Of a DNA stretch of 64,000 nt, positions 1 to 11,170 are shown in pieces. Source of the stretch: Narcine bancroftii (Eukaryota). Numbering within the stretch: the first letter of the stretch is position 1; the number at the start of each line of letters is the position of its first letter. The stretch is from the NCBI RefSeq assembly GCF_036971445.1, contig NC_091473.1, forward strand, positions 211,048,001 to 211,112,000, read 5' to 3'. The position numbers were made by a program, and so were the translations under genes. The notes under the pieces were generated by a model, which saw only the letters and a list, made by a program, of their open reading frames with translations, ran no database searches and was not told where the DNA came from.

Positions 1-19
1 TGACTGTCCACCTTGAACC

Positions 20-680
20 TCTCTCCCTGTGTGAACTCGCTGGTGTCCCCACAGACCGTAAGGCTGATTGAACTCCTTCCTGAGCAGGGAGCAGGGGAAT
101 GATTTCTCTCAGTGCAAATACACTTGTGGCCCTGCAGAGAGGTGCAGTGGACCAATCCCTTTCTGAGAGAGAACAGTTTCTCTCAGTGAACCCGCTGGTG
201 TGCCTGAGGCCGGATTGCGGAGAGAAGTCATTCTCCCACAGGGACCATGTGAATGGTTTCTCCCCAGTGTAAAATCTGTGGTGCCCCTGCATAGCGGAGG
301 ACTGAAAGAAACCATTCCCACACAGGGAGCAGGTGAACAGTTTTTCCCCAGCGTGAATTCGCCAGTGGTCGTGCAAAAAAGTCAAATGGGCAAATTCCTT
401 TCTGCACTTTCTTCAGGAGAACTGTTTCTTCCCCCATGTTAACCCCCTGATGTACCTGTAGGACAGATTGCTGAGAGAACCCTTTCCCACCCAGGGAACA
501 GGTGAACTGTTTCTCCCCAGTCCAACCCGCTGATCTACCCCAAGGCTGGAGGGCTGAGTGAACCCTTTTCTGCACAAGGAGCAGGTGAACAGTTTTTCTC
601 CAATGTGAATTTTCCAGTGGCTTTGCCAAGAAGTCAAATGGGAAAATCCTTTTCCACACATCCCACAAGGAATATGGTTT
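20..680 (-). pseudogene. Decayed C2H2 finger array downstream of the paralog 1 stop codon
   Basis: Frameshifted finger remnants lie in other frames: CGMCGKGFSHLTSWQSHWKIH, TGEKQFTCSLGGKGFSQQSVLQVH, and a final GLWGHQRVHTG. Confidence 0.75.
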
Positions 681-1553
681 CTACCCAGTGTGATCCCGCT
701 GGTGTACCCACAGGAAAGATTGCCGAGAGAACCCCTTTCCACACAGGATGCAGGTGAATGGTTTCTCCCCAGCATGAACACGCTGGTGTGCTTGCAGGCA
801 GGAGGGCCAAGAGAACCCTTTCCCACACAGGGAACAGTCGAACGGTTTCTCCCTAGTGTGAACCCGTTGGTGTACTTGCAGGCCAAATTGCCGGGTGAAT
901 CTCTTACCACACAGAGGACAGGTGAACAGTTTCTCCCTGGTGTGAACCTGCTGGTGTGCCTGCAGACCGGAATTCCGAGAGAACCGCTTCCCACACAGGG
1001 AGCAAGTGAATGGTTTCTCCCCAGTGTGAACCTGCTTGTGTATCCGCAGGTTGGAGGGCTGAGAGAATCCCTTCCCACACAGGGAGCAGGTGAATGGTTT
1101 CTCCCCAGTGTGAACACTCTGGTGCCTCAGCAGGTGCGAGGATCGAGTGAACTCCTTCCCGCACACACAGCATTTAAAGGATCTCTCCCTGGAGTGATTG
1201 TTCTGGTGCTGTAGGAGGCTGGAGGATTGGGTGAACCTTTTCCCACACACGCGGCAGGTGAACGGACTCTCACCAGGGGGAACACACCCATGCTCCTTCA
1301 GGTCCTTGGAGGTTTGAAAGCTCTTCCCACAGTCAGAGCAGGGGAATGGGCTCCCCCTACTGGGGAAACACTGGTGTTGCAGAAGTGCCTCCGAGCTGGC
1401 GAATCCCTCCCCACACTCGGAACAGGGGAATGGCCTCTCCCCAGTGTGAGTGCAGGGATGTGCTTCCAGCAAGTCCACAGAAAGCCCCGCCTCACCGCAT
1501 GCTTCATTTTGGAGTGTTTTATCTGCTGTATCACTGGGCACCTGACACTCCAT
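681..1553 (-). CDS. C2H2 zinc-finger protein, paralog 1 (290 aa; 2 atypical CCHC-type fingers plus 7 canonical C2H2 fingers; no KRAB)
   Basis: Within ORF 681..1562; the first ATG is at 1553 (MECQVPSDTADK). It has repeated CxxC-x12-HxxxH units with TGEKPF linkers. It ends at a TAG that replaces the E codon of a TGEKP linker. Confidence 0.85.
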   Translation of the reverse strand: MECQVPSDTADKTLQNEACGEAGLSVDLLEAHPCTHTGERPFPCSECGEGFASSEALLQHQCFPSRGSPFPCSDCGKSFQTSKDLKEHGCVPPGESPFTCRVCGKRFTQSSSLLQHQNNHSRERSFKCCVCGKEFTRSSHLLRHQSVHTGEKPFTCSLCGKGFSQPSNLRIHKQVHTGEKPFTCSLCGKRFSRNSGLQAHQQVHTREKLFTCPLCGKRFTRQFGLQVHQRVHTREKPFDCSLCGKGFSWPSCLQAHQRVHAGEKPFTCILCGKGFSRQSFLWVHQRDHTG

Positions 1554-1694
1554 GTCCACCAATCACCTGAAGTCAAGTTCACACACTCAATGTGCCGGTT
1601 GCTACTACGATCCCGAGGTATCCAGTCGGAGTGTTAGACCACCACGTGCCATTGTCTGAACCATTATTCTTGGAAATGCACTGATTTCTTCATC

Positions 1695-1730
1695 CTGTGA
1701 CGAGAAGATGGTGAAGTGAGAGGGAACAAA
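1695..1730 (-). promoter_or_regulatory. Conserved 3' splice acceptor upstream of the paralog 1 coding exon
   Basis: Minus strand reads ttccctctcacttcaccatcttctcgtcacAG|G. The same polypyrimidine-CACAG motif occurs at 23803 (-), 34171 (+) and 49901 (+). Confidence 0.65.
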
Positions 1731-2539
1731 GCATTCTCCATGGGGAATGTTCCAATATGACACACATGGAGGCATGGTCAGCAACATGGAATTGTCCTGA
1801 ACTATGAAGAGGGCCACCATGGACAGGTAGACACCTGGTGGGTGAAATTCAGCTCAAGGAGTCAACAAACTGGAGAGAGCAAGAAACTGATTATGAACAC
1901 TGGATTGAATGTTTTTATGCCAAAAGTTCACAGCAGCTTTTGTTTTGGAGGTCAATTACAGCATTATTACCCAGAATCCTCAACAGAACCCACTCTGCCA
2001 AAAACTGCATCCAAACGTCACCATAAAGAACAGGCAGGCACCTGAATAACAGAAATGGCAGGGGATGGAGAACAGACCAACAGAAAACAGGTGATGATTG
2101 CATGTGGCGAACGGGCTGCAAAATGGAGGAACAACACCTCAAATTCATTCACAGCATCTGTTTATGTGGATTGTGGAGGAACACATGGCCCCTCTAGAAC
2201 ATTGTGAATTCTAGGGGGTCACGTGGCCTCACTGTCTGAAACTTCGGAGGACCCATCACCTGCCAATCAAGGTTGGACTCTGGCCTCCCATTAGTGCCCA
2301 CCTTACCGCTGTCTCATTTAAATGACTCTGATGGTCATGATGCTCAGATCAGACCAGTATAAAACATCGATGCTCACCACATTTCTGTTCAAAGCCCCCG
2401 ATATCGCTCTCAACATCCTCCCAACGCATGGGATTAACATTGACTTCTCCAGTTCCCCTTAGCTCCTTCCTCCCCCCATCTTCCCCTATTATGGGTTTTT
2501 ATAAACACAGAAATAACCCAAAAATTCCGAAATAAAAAA

Positions 2540-3030
2540 CTGCATACTTACCTCCGGAGTGGTCGTTGACACCGACTTCATCGGTGGCCGAAATTGTCGG
2601 TGGGGTCAGCATGGCCCGGACATCAACGCAGACGTCCGACGCCCTGCGTCACCACGTCGATGGCTTAAAACGTCATTAAACTGCGTCTCGAAAATCCGCG
2701 GAAGAATAGGAAGTGCCTTTCTGTTGCAAAGGTGGTAGGTGGTTTGATTAGCATTACGCTGTCGGAGGCAGGCCAGTGTCTCCACATCATGGCTGTCTGC
2801 TTACTGTCAGTCGAATGTCTTTGATTTAAAAGTCCGTGTTGCCGTCGCGAGCTGAATGTGCCACCAGGAGCGCCTGCGGTGAATGTAGACGGCAGGCGGT
2901 CGGTAAAAACGGTAGGGGTCTTGGAGGAAAAATGACAGGACGGAATTTAGCTCATAAATTTCGTCACGACATTTTTTTTTACACCGCTTCTCAGCGGCTG
3001 TGTAAAAGTTCTGAACGTTTCCTGGCGCGT
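2540..3030 (-). promoter_or_regulatory. CpG-rich segment with a consensus splice donor; candidate 5' UTR exon of paralog 1, or a DNA transposon remnant
   Basis: Minus strand GAG|GTAAGTAT at 2544-2554, with locally high CpG density. Confidence 0.3.
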
Positions 3031-3106
3031 TCTCTCTCTTCCCTTTTCCCTGTCCCATTTAGCCCAGTCCTGCTTTCACATAGCCAACCTCGGACTCTCA
3101 CCCTTC

Positions 3107-3560
3107 CTGAATAAAAAGGCGGTGGAGAGGAGCACAGGATAAAACGTCAGGGGTAATAGGTGGATCCACGTGGAAGGGGAGAAGAGAAAGAAGCTAAGAA
3201 GTGATGGGGCGAGGACAAAGGGACCAAGGAGGGTAGAGCTGACAGGAGACGGGAGGGAAGGGGCTGGGGAGATGGAGGAGGAGGACGGAAAGAGAGAGAA
3301 CGTTCCGGAACGACGGTTCCCTTCAATCCCTCTGGATGCTGCGTGAGTTTCTCCGGCGCTTCCGTGTATTCGCTTCAGGTTCCAGCGGCTCCAGCTGCTT
3401 GTGTTTCTCTGATTGACACCCGCCCGCACGCTGTTGCCCTGCTGCAGCTGTCAATGTTCATAGGGCGGGGCTAACAGAAACGAGTGACATTGATTGACCG
3501 ATGGGCGAGGTTATGCGCGACGTCATTTCCGGTCTGTCTATCCGTCTCCATTTTGAAGCG
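3107..3560. promoter_or_regulatory. Promoter-like module, duplicated at 28197-28615
   Basis: GC box GGGCGGGG at 3463-3470, overlapping CRE/ETS-like GACGTCATTTCCGG at 3519-3532, and YY1-like CCATTTTG near 3548. It is preceded by Penelope-like sequence. Confidence 0.5.
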
Positions 3561-3829
3561 GGTTCAATGCTCTTGATGCTTCTTTCTCCATCAGGTTCCA
3601 CTTTGCAGCCGCCAACTTCCAGGTTTGTGTGTTCTTCCCCCGTCCTTCCCCACCACCTCACTCGGCTCCCGGACGTCACTGGATTCCCGCCGCCGTCTTT
3701 GCACCCACACACAGCCATGCCCAAGGCTTCCAGCTATGGGGATCAGGAGGAGCACTAGCAGGGCTCCCCAGGGTCCTAAATAATCCGAGCACTCACCAGG
3801 GAATGATTTCCCTCTACAGTGGTATTTGT

Positions 3830-5310
3830 GGGGGGCGTGGCAAGATGGCGTAGAGTCAAGACGTGCAATCTCGACCTCTATATAACCATATACAGCCTGT
3901 TCGGCCCTACTAGTCCATGCCGGAACAAATCCCCACCCTCCTAGTCCTACTGACCAGCACCTGGTCCATACCCCACCAATCCTCTCCCCTCCATGTAATT
4001 ATCCAGTCTTTCCTTAAATGTAAATAACGACCTTGCTTCAACCACCTCTGCTGGAAGCTTATTCCACATCCCAACCACCCTTTGTGTGAAGAAATTTCCC
4101 TTCATAATTTTCCCCCTGCAATCTCAAACCATGGCCTCTGGTTTGAATATCCCCCACTCTTAATTAAAAAAGCCTATCCACGTTGACTCTCTCTGACCCT
4201 TTTAAAATCTTGAACACCTCCATCAAATCCCCCCTCAATCTTCTACGCTCCAGAGAAAAAAGCCCCAGGCTGCTCAGCCTTTCTCTGTCACTCAAACCCT
4301 GCCATCCTGTCAACATTCTCGTGAACCTTCTCTGCACTCTCTCTATTTTGTTTATCACCTTCCTCTCATTTGGTGACCCAAACTGCACAAAGAAATGCTT
4401 TCCAGAAGGACAAAGCTGGCCAACTTTGGGAGGCTATCTGGTCTCTGACCAGACTTTTAAATACCCGTTTTTTAATCCTTTGTTTTCAAGTTTAAACTTT
4501 TTAAATTTTAGTTTAAACTATTAAGGAATTATTATGGCCACTAATGGTAAAAAGACTAAACCTCAAGTTCAGAAGTTACATTTTTGAAGTGCTGAAGATT
4601 TGGGGCTTAGACGACTTGATACAGCCCCAGGGTCAATCTCTTCATTGTCTAAACCCCAAAGATCGCCTGTGGGGGCTGAAAAAAAATATCTATTGCTCAC
4701 CAAATGAAGGATGGCGCTGGAATTACCCGTTCTCTGGAAGAAGGTGCGTGTTTCTAAGAAGTGGAGCCCGATTTGGAAAGCCTTTCGATTTCAATGGAGG
4801 GAGCATACAGGAAGACGACTCCATTGTTGGAAATGCATCGGGTAGCATTTCAATCTGAAGAAATCGTTTTTTTTCATGAATTGATGAAAAAAACAACGAG
4901 ATGCTGAGGGAGACCAGCGGCGACCCCCTGAGGAAGTCAGGGTACCGTCGCTGGGAGTCCAGACTCACAATAAAACTTTTAAAATTCCTTCTGTTGAGTT
5001 GCAGCAGGAGCTGCAGTTACCATGTTTTGCTACCATGTCAGAGAGAGCAGAGATGAGCTTTATTGAATCGCAGGGTATGCAAATGAATGCTGTTATTCAA
5101 ACTATTATAAAACCTGGAATGGATTTGTTGACATCTCAAATGAATGAAATGGTTCAAATGAATGCTGGTATAAGTTCAGAATTAAACATGGTTAAGACAC
5201 GTGTGGATGCATCTTATGAAGAATTTAAAAAAACTTCAGACTACTTTTTTGGACTGTAAACAACAAATGAATTCTAACAGAAAAAGTGTTGAAGGTGGAA
5301 AAATCAGTTA
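3830..5310 (+). mobile_element. L1-type LINE, 5' part only (5' UTR and ORF1 N-terminus), flanked by a 14-bp TSD
   Basis: Starts GGGGGCGTGGCAAGATGGCG (L1-like 5' end with a YY1 motif). A disrupted ORF1-like region begins MATNGKKTKPQVQK and is followed by coiled-coil-like sequence. ACAGTGGTATTTGT occurs at 3816-3829 and 5311-5324. Confidence 0.65.
3880..4392 (-). mobile_element. CR1 LINE 3' fragment nested in the L1 5' UTR
   Basis: ORF 4164..4388 reads IERVQRRFTRML...ERLSSLGLFSLERRRLRGDL, the typical CR1 ORF2 C-terminus. Confidence 0.85.
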
Positions 5311-6787
5311 ACAGTGGTATTTGTAATAATTTGTGGTCCTGAAATTTGTTCAAGGTTTGGAAGCGTCAAAAAGTTTATCATTTGATGCTGCAAGCAGGGT
5401 CTCAAGATGGGAGTCGTGGAGTGATATGCCAAAGGCACAGACCAGACATGTGTTGTAGGGCTTTTATTAACAGACTCTCAGCTGCCACTGTACTGGCCAG
5501 TGGGAAAGCATCTCCATCTGTTATACCAGTAGGGTGGAGCAACTCTACAGCCATCGCTAATAGCAAGCAACTCCATACATCATCACATTCTCCCCAATCC
5601 CACAAAAATTGACCAATTTTAATAAAATATACTGACCAAAGCAAAAGCTGGAAAAGCAAGCAGGTTAAAATTTTAAGAGGTAAAGGGTTACAGCAGGATA
5701 ATATAAAACCAGAATTAATTGGAACACATACAAGAAAACAGGCTACAGAGGTAAGTATCCTTGGTAATTATGTCTATGACTAGATATGGTCATAACCTAG
5801 TCTCTGGGGAGGTTTAGAAATACGAGTAGATCTGCGCAAAGGCACTGGTGGGGGCAGAGCTTTATCTCCTAATGAAGGACTTTTCACACCAGCTGAGGAA
5901 GGGAGTGGAGAGCAGGAGGCAACATTATCACGTGAAAAGTATTGTTCCTTGGGAAATGGATCAAGTAACTGATTTTGTCATGGTGGGGAGGGCAGTGTGG
6001 GTGACAGAATAGTGGAAGGGCTAGCAGACCACAAACTAGGAGAAGCCATGTCTCTAAGGGAAATGGTGTCCTCTCTCCCATCAGGAAGAGCAACATGAGC
6101 ATACTATCTTGGGAAAACAAACCTCTCATTTTGTTCGTTTTAGATTGGTCACAGTGTTTGAGCTACCGAAAGAAAATAGACACACACACCAAGAGCAGTT
6201 CAGTTTATACAAGGCTTTATTACTAAATCTAAAGCTGAATTCACACTACAGTATGCAAGCCTTTCCCCATTATACTTATCAACACCTGGACTGGTCCCAA
6301 CTGCCGAAGCGAGGCAACGACTGCACACTTGCCGGTAGCAGCATCTCCATCTCCCTCGACCAGGATGTTAGCTGGACCCTTGAAGTTCTTCTTGCTGAGA
6401 GATGTTGCCACCTCTTGGAGAATCTCAAACTTCAACAGTGGGACCATGGCTTATATTACCCAAAAATTGTTTACTTCAGATCTTATGTCTTTGAACAAAT
6501 GATTTGATTATCTTCAAGGTCTCCTGACAGTCTGTGACCAACAAAAGAAAACTGCATCTCTGGGCCTCATGGTGGAAGTTGGATAATGTCTACTGATTCA
6601 TATGCATCCCTGGGCCCCATTGTGTAAATTAGATAATGTCTTCTGATTTAACTGCATCCTGGGCCTCATGGTGTAAATTGGATTATGTCTGCTGATTCTA
6701 AACAAGCAGGTTCTCAGCCTTGCAGCTGCAGAAGTAAAAAGCACAGTTTAAATCTTCCATTACATTCCACCCCTTGGTCATAGGCTG

Positions 6788-7170
6788 TCAGACACGAGAC
6801 TTAACAAGCATAAGAGTACAGAAGGAGTGAAAAAGAGAAACTAAAACTATAATAAGCACAAAAATAAGCAATAATGCGAGCAACCAGCGGAGAATATTGT
6901 GGCTGAATCCCCCAAATATGCCATTTAACCATGAAAAAGGATTCAAACTATCCTTGTGGGCCACAATACCCAGACACTGAAGCTCACGAACAGATTTTGA
7001 AACATGCTTAACAATATCAGATATATTAGAGGATACATCGGGCCGTGTTCTCCATGGGCAACTCCCTCGGAACCTCCTCGCCATTACAAATCCAATTGCT
7101 GGCATCAAAGCAGCGGTTAAGCCAGATCAGCAGGAGCACAAGATGGAGGACCTGGAACAAAGAGGCCTGA
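6788..7170 (-). pseudogene. env: ERV-A env remnant (TM anchor and tail only)
   Basis: ORF 6788..7108 ends in NPFSWLNGIFGG followed by the hydrophobic LRWLLALLLIFVLIIVLVSLF, immediately before the PPT. Confidence 0.6.
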
Positions 7171-7176
7171 CATATG

Positions 7177-9360
7177 TCACTCACGATGCCGTAAGCGTTC
7201 AGTATTTAAACAAACTAAACCATACTGTCCCTCAATAGCTACCCACCGAGTGTTACCCTGGGCAGGTGTCACTATTTCCCCATTTACAGGAGGGCTACTA
7301 CCTGTTGGTGCCACCCATACCTTTTGTCCGACATTCTCTAGCTCAGGAATGGGGGGGAAATTACTGTTTTTCCTCTGGAATAGGCTGTAGTTCAGAAGTG
7401 TGAAGAAGTCAGTGGAAAGGTTCCTCCCTTCAAAGGGCGATGATTCAAATTTTTGACTGCCTGCTGCAGCACATGGCACCACCCCTTCAGGGTCCCCAGT
7501 GGTGTTAACAAACAAATTTTTTCCTTCAGTAAGCCATTAATTCGTTCAACTAACCCGGCAACCTGCGGGTAAAAAGGAATATGGTGGATCCATAAAATAC
7601 TGTTGTCAGCTGCCTAATCACAGATTGCCTTCACGGAGAAGTGCGAGCCATTATCAGACTGAATTTCCTCTGGAAACATCATAACAAGAAATTAAATGAT
7701 TTAGTCCTTGGATAGTGCTAGCTTGGTCAGCTGTCTTGGAGAGAAAACAAAAACCAGGCCTGAAAAGGTGTCAACCATTACTATGACATAACGTTTACCC
7801 ATACAGTCTGGCATAGCGAGCTCCCCGTCTTATTCGGCCATGCGGACCAGGAAGAACAGTGCGGGACTTCACAAGCTGACATGCTGGGCATGTTCGCACA
7901 ACCATACGGACATCGTCCTGATGGGTAAGGCATGTGTACGGGCCCACATAGCTGATCCCTTCTCCCCCCCAAATGGCCACTCTGTTCGTGTGCCCATCGA
8001 GCCAGGGTGACGGTATCGGCGTGGCTGATAGTGGCAAGCTGATCTTCTACTGCATTATGTTGTGCCATGTTCATCATCGCATTGGTATGGGCGTCAACGT
8101 GATATACAGTTATCTCACGATGATGGGAAGCATCCCACAACAGCTGCCGCAACTGTTTGCCCCATAGTGGGCGGTCATGTATCAGCCAGTCATTCTTTTG
8201 CCAATCAGGCATCCCTACCACTAGTCCATTAGCCACAGCCCAGGAATCAGTAAACCAGCGAAGAGGGTGATCATGGGGGTCTAGTGGAAAAGTGACCGCC
8301 TTCAACTCAGCATAGTGATTGGAGCCACCATCCCCCTCCTCCAATAAGTGAGTTCCTGACCTGGGGGGGGGGGGGGGGTAAGCCACCACCTTACACTTCT
8401 ACTTTCCTTGCACCCACCGGCTGCTACCATCGGTAAACCAGGCATCCTCTTGTTCTGCTTTCTGTACCATCTCTTCCGTGGCCCCTTGGATCATCACAAT
8501 ATAATGGTGAATTGAGAGGGAAGGCAATACTGGCACCGTCTCCAAATCACGGGCATTTAAGTTGTGGCAAATAGTGGGAGAGTGTACATAGCCTTGAGGG
8601 AGGTGGGTGAAGGTATACTGGTGCCCCTTCCAGCTAAAGGCAAACTGATCCTGTGAGACCTCGACTATAAGAATACCGAAGAAGGCGTTAGCGAGATCAA
8701 TGACAGCATACCATGTTCCTGAGTTCCCAGTAGCAATGTTTTCAATAAGAGTGACAATGTCCGGAACTGCCGAAGCAAGTGGTGGGGCATGTTTGTTCAA
8801 GAAATAATAATCAACTGTCATTCTCCAGGAGCCATCCGGTTTCTGGACAGGCCAAACAGGGCTATTAAAGGGCGACGTCGCATGCCTCACTACCCCTTCT
8901 TGCAAAGCATCGATGGTGGCAGTAATCACTTCCTGCGCCCCAGGGGAATGCATTCTGGTTTTGGGGGTGCAGGCACCATCACAGGATCCCACTTAGCCCG
9001 ACCCACCACTAGTCTTTTAGTAATAGTCCGAATTCCAAATGCAAATCCCCCTTGGCTAGTATTAAGGGCCATACCGGCCTACATATTAATACCCAGGATA
9101 CACTTGCCAGTGGCAGCCACCAGGGCATGTAACCATATAGGGGAAGGGCCATCACCCACCGTGGCGCGGACTTTTATTTCCTTCGCCAGGATGATCGCTC
9201 CTCCCATCCCCTCTATTCGAATGGTCGATCCAGTCCAGAGATCAGGGTTACCCGGAATCACCAAGTGCTCTGCACCGGTATCAACCAAGGCCAAATATTG
9301 GCGGTCATTAACCCCACCCCAATGGACTGTTAACGGTATGTAGGGCTGTGGGTCACCGTG
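7177..9360 (-). pseudogene. pol: ERV-A pro-pol, with deletions and frameshifts
   Basis: Protease ALVDTGA. RT SWRMTVDY, WYAVIDLANAFF, QFAFSWKGHQYTFTHLPQGYVHSPTICHNL. RNase H AWFTDGSS, FTDSWAVANGL, HVDAH. Integrase HHCC (WAHEQSGH...CPAC). RT joins RNase H directly, implying an internal deletion. Confidence 0.85.
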
Positions 9361-9405
9361 TATTCGCCGTATCTCAATGGAGTAGACACGACCCTGCCCA
9401 CACCC

Positions 9406-11170
9406 TCATGCTTTAGTAGGGTTCGGGGGCTTCCAGGCCCACATGCCACTATTATCCATAAGAGCCTTTTTAACCATTTGTTGTATCTCATCTTGGATAA
9501 CTGGAGGAAGAGAAGCTGGCTCGATAGGAGCAGCAGTCGGAGCGGAAGGCACAGTTGGGCCAGGAGGGCTCAGCAGCTGGGGAAGATGTTCCCCTGCCTT
9601 CCTCTTAAAAAGGGCATAAAGGACCACAGTAGGTTTCCCATCAATATCACTTTGAGGTACGCCTAACTTTAACAAGGTTAGAAAAAGGTGCTTTCTTGTC
9701 GGTCCGTTATTACCAGCAGCCCCTCTCCTTTCATCCTGCTTGTCTGATTTAACCTGGGTTGTACATGAGTGGATTTTACTTCCCAACTCTAATTCTCTAA
9801 GCCCAGATAAGGTGTGCACCGCCTCAGACACAGGGTGCCCAATTAGCGGACTAGTTACGGACAGAATCAGTCCCCGTACAGTGGGTTGGGCGGAACGAAC
9901 CAATCGGGTGTGCATTCTGGCTGTGAATATCTCTTCATCAGGGCTCCCCCCATGTACCCACAGCCTCAAACGTCCTGTATACAAGGCAGAGGCCAGGGCC
10001 TGCTGACGAATTACTGCTATACCCTCCTCTGGGGTGCCCCAATTGTTCTGCAAATGTAAATCCCAATCTACTGGTGATGGGTTACTCGTAGCAGGGCATC
10101 CCCTAGAGTGGCAAGTAAGTAATCCATCTATTTTCCTCTACCCCGCAGCTCAGCAGTGACCTGGATATCAGTAGTAAATGTTCCTAATCCCAACAATTCC
10201 TCAGGGGTTAAATATACATTACCCCCTCCACGCGGGAGCCAGGCTGCCAGAGTTTTCCCGCCTTTTGCCTAAATCGATCTCCAATGGCAGCCAGCTCTTT
10301 TATAGAGAAGTCACGTATCATTGACTGCTTTTGATCTCTGCTCCCACTTTGGCCCACAGGGTCCTTTGCCCAGTGGACGGGACAAGGCCTCGGCCATCCG
10401 GTAGAGAGGGTAGGCCATAGAGCATAAGCAGGGGTTCGGGTATTTTCCCCTGGGTCCGCTTGGGAAATCGAGGTATCTATTCCTTCAATCTCTACCCTTG
10501 CATCATCCCCCCTTCCATCTGCTTGGGAAGTCTGCTGCCTTATGGGGTGGGCTTGAACTGCAGGTGGAGAGGGCAATATGTTAGACACATGCTGAGGAGT
10601 ATCTGCATTATTACCATGGTCATCATTCCAGATATTCCCATCCCATTCATCAATTACATCAGGATCATCACCATTCCTTATCATGGCACGAATACGATGT
10701 GGATCGGGTTCTACTCCATGCCTTTCTTTATCTGCACAAAGCTGCTGCCGGAGTTTAATATTACGGCAGATTGTTTGGACATGCTTATCTTCCCATTCTT
10801 TGGCTTGGTCCTGACTGGTGCAAACAATCTCGCTCATCATGGATCAGTGTTGTCGCGTGGCTTCTAGCTCCCCCTCTAATTGCTCTCTCTTGTGCTGAGA
10901 TTCTACTTCTCTTTGAACTAATTCTGATTCACGCTGAACGGAGTGGCATAAGGCTGTGGCCAGCAGCCAAAAACCGTCCATCAGCGTCCCCTTTTTACCA
11001 GGAAATTTACTTTCTCGAAGGAGAGTGGTAACCTGCTCTCCCAGAGGTACACTTGATGGGTCTAACTTCTCATCCCATCTAATGGGTGGTCCCAACAAAG
11101 ACAGGGTATTGGCCAACAAGCCAAACCCATCATCTTTGGAAGTCCATCCCGGAATCAAGAACTACTCGGG
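9406..11170 (-). pseudogene. gag: ERV-A gag (ERV-L/Fv1-type), disrupted
   Basis: Motifs RIRAMIRNGDDPDVIDEWDGNIWND, RDFSIKELAAIGDRFRQKAG, WGTPEEGIAVIR and SPDEEIFTARMHTRLVRSA are spread over ORFs 10844..11158, 10208..10840 and 9406..10053. Confidence 0.8.

Noticed and set aside
1563-1694. Spliced N-terminal coding extension (KRAB-like exon) for the ZNFs
   Set aside because: In-frame stops lie between the acceptor and the ATG in paralogs 1, 3 and 4, and no KRAB/SCAN/BTB-like ORF is visible.
2182-2225. Short inverted repeat in LTR-like sequence
   Set aside because: Short and imperfect; probably part of an unclassified LTR fragment whose boundaries cannot be defined.
2544-2554. ATACTTACCT resembling the 5' end of U1 snRNA
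   Set aside because: The downstream sequence does not follow U1; it is better read as a minus-strand splice donor consensus.
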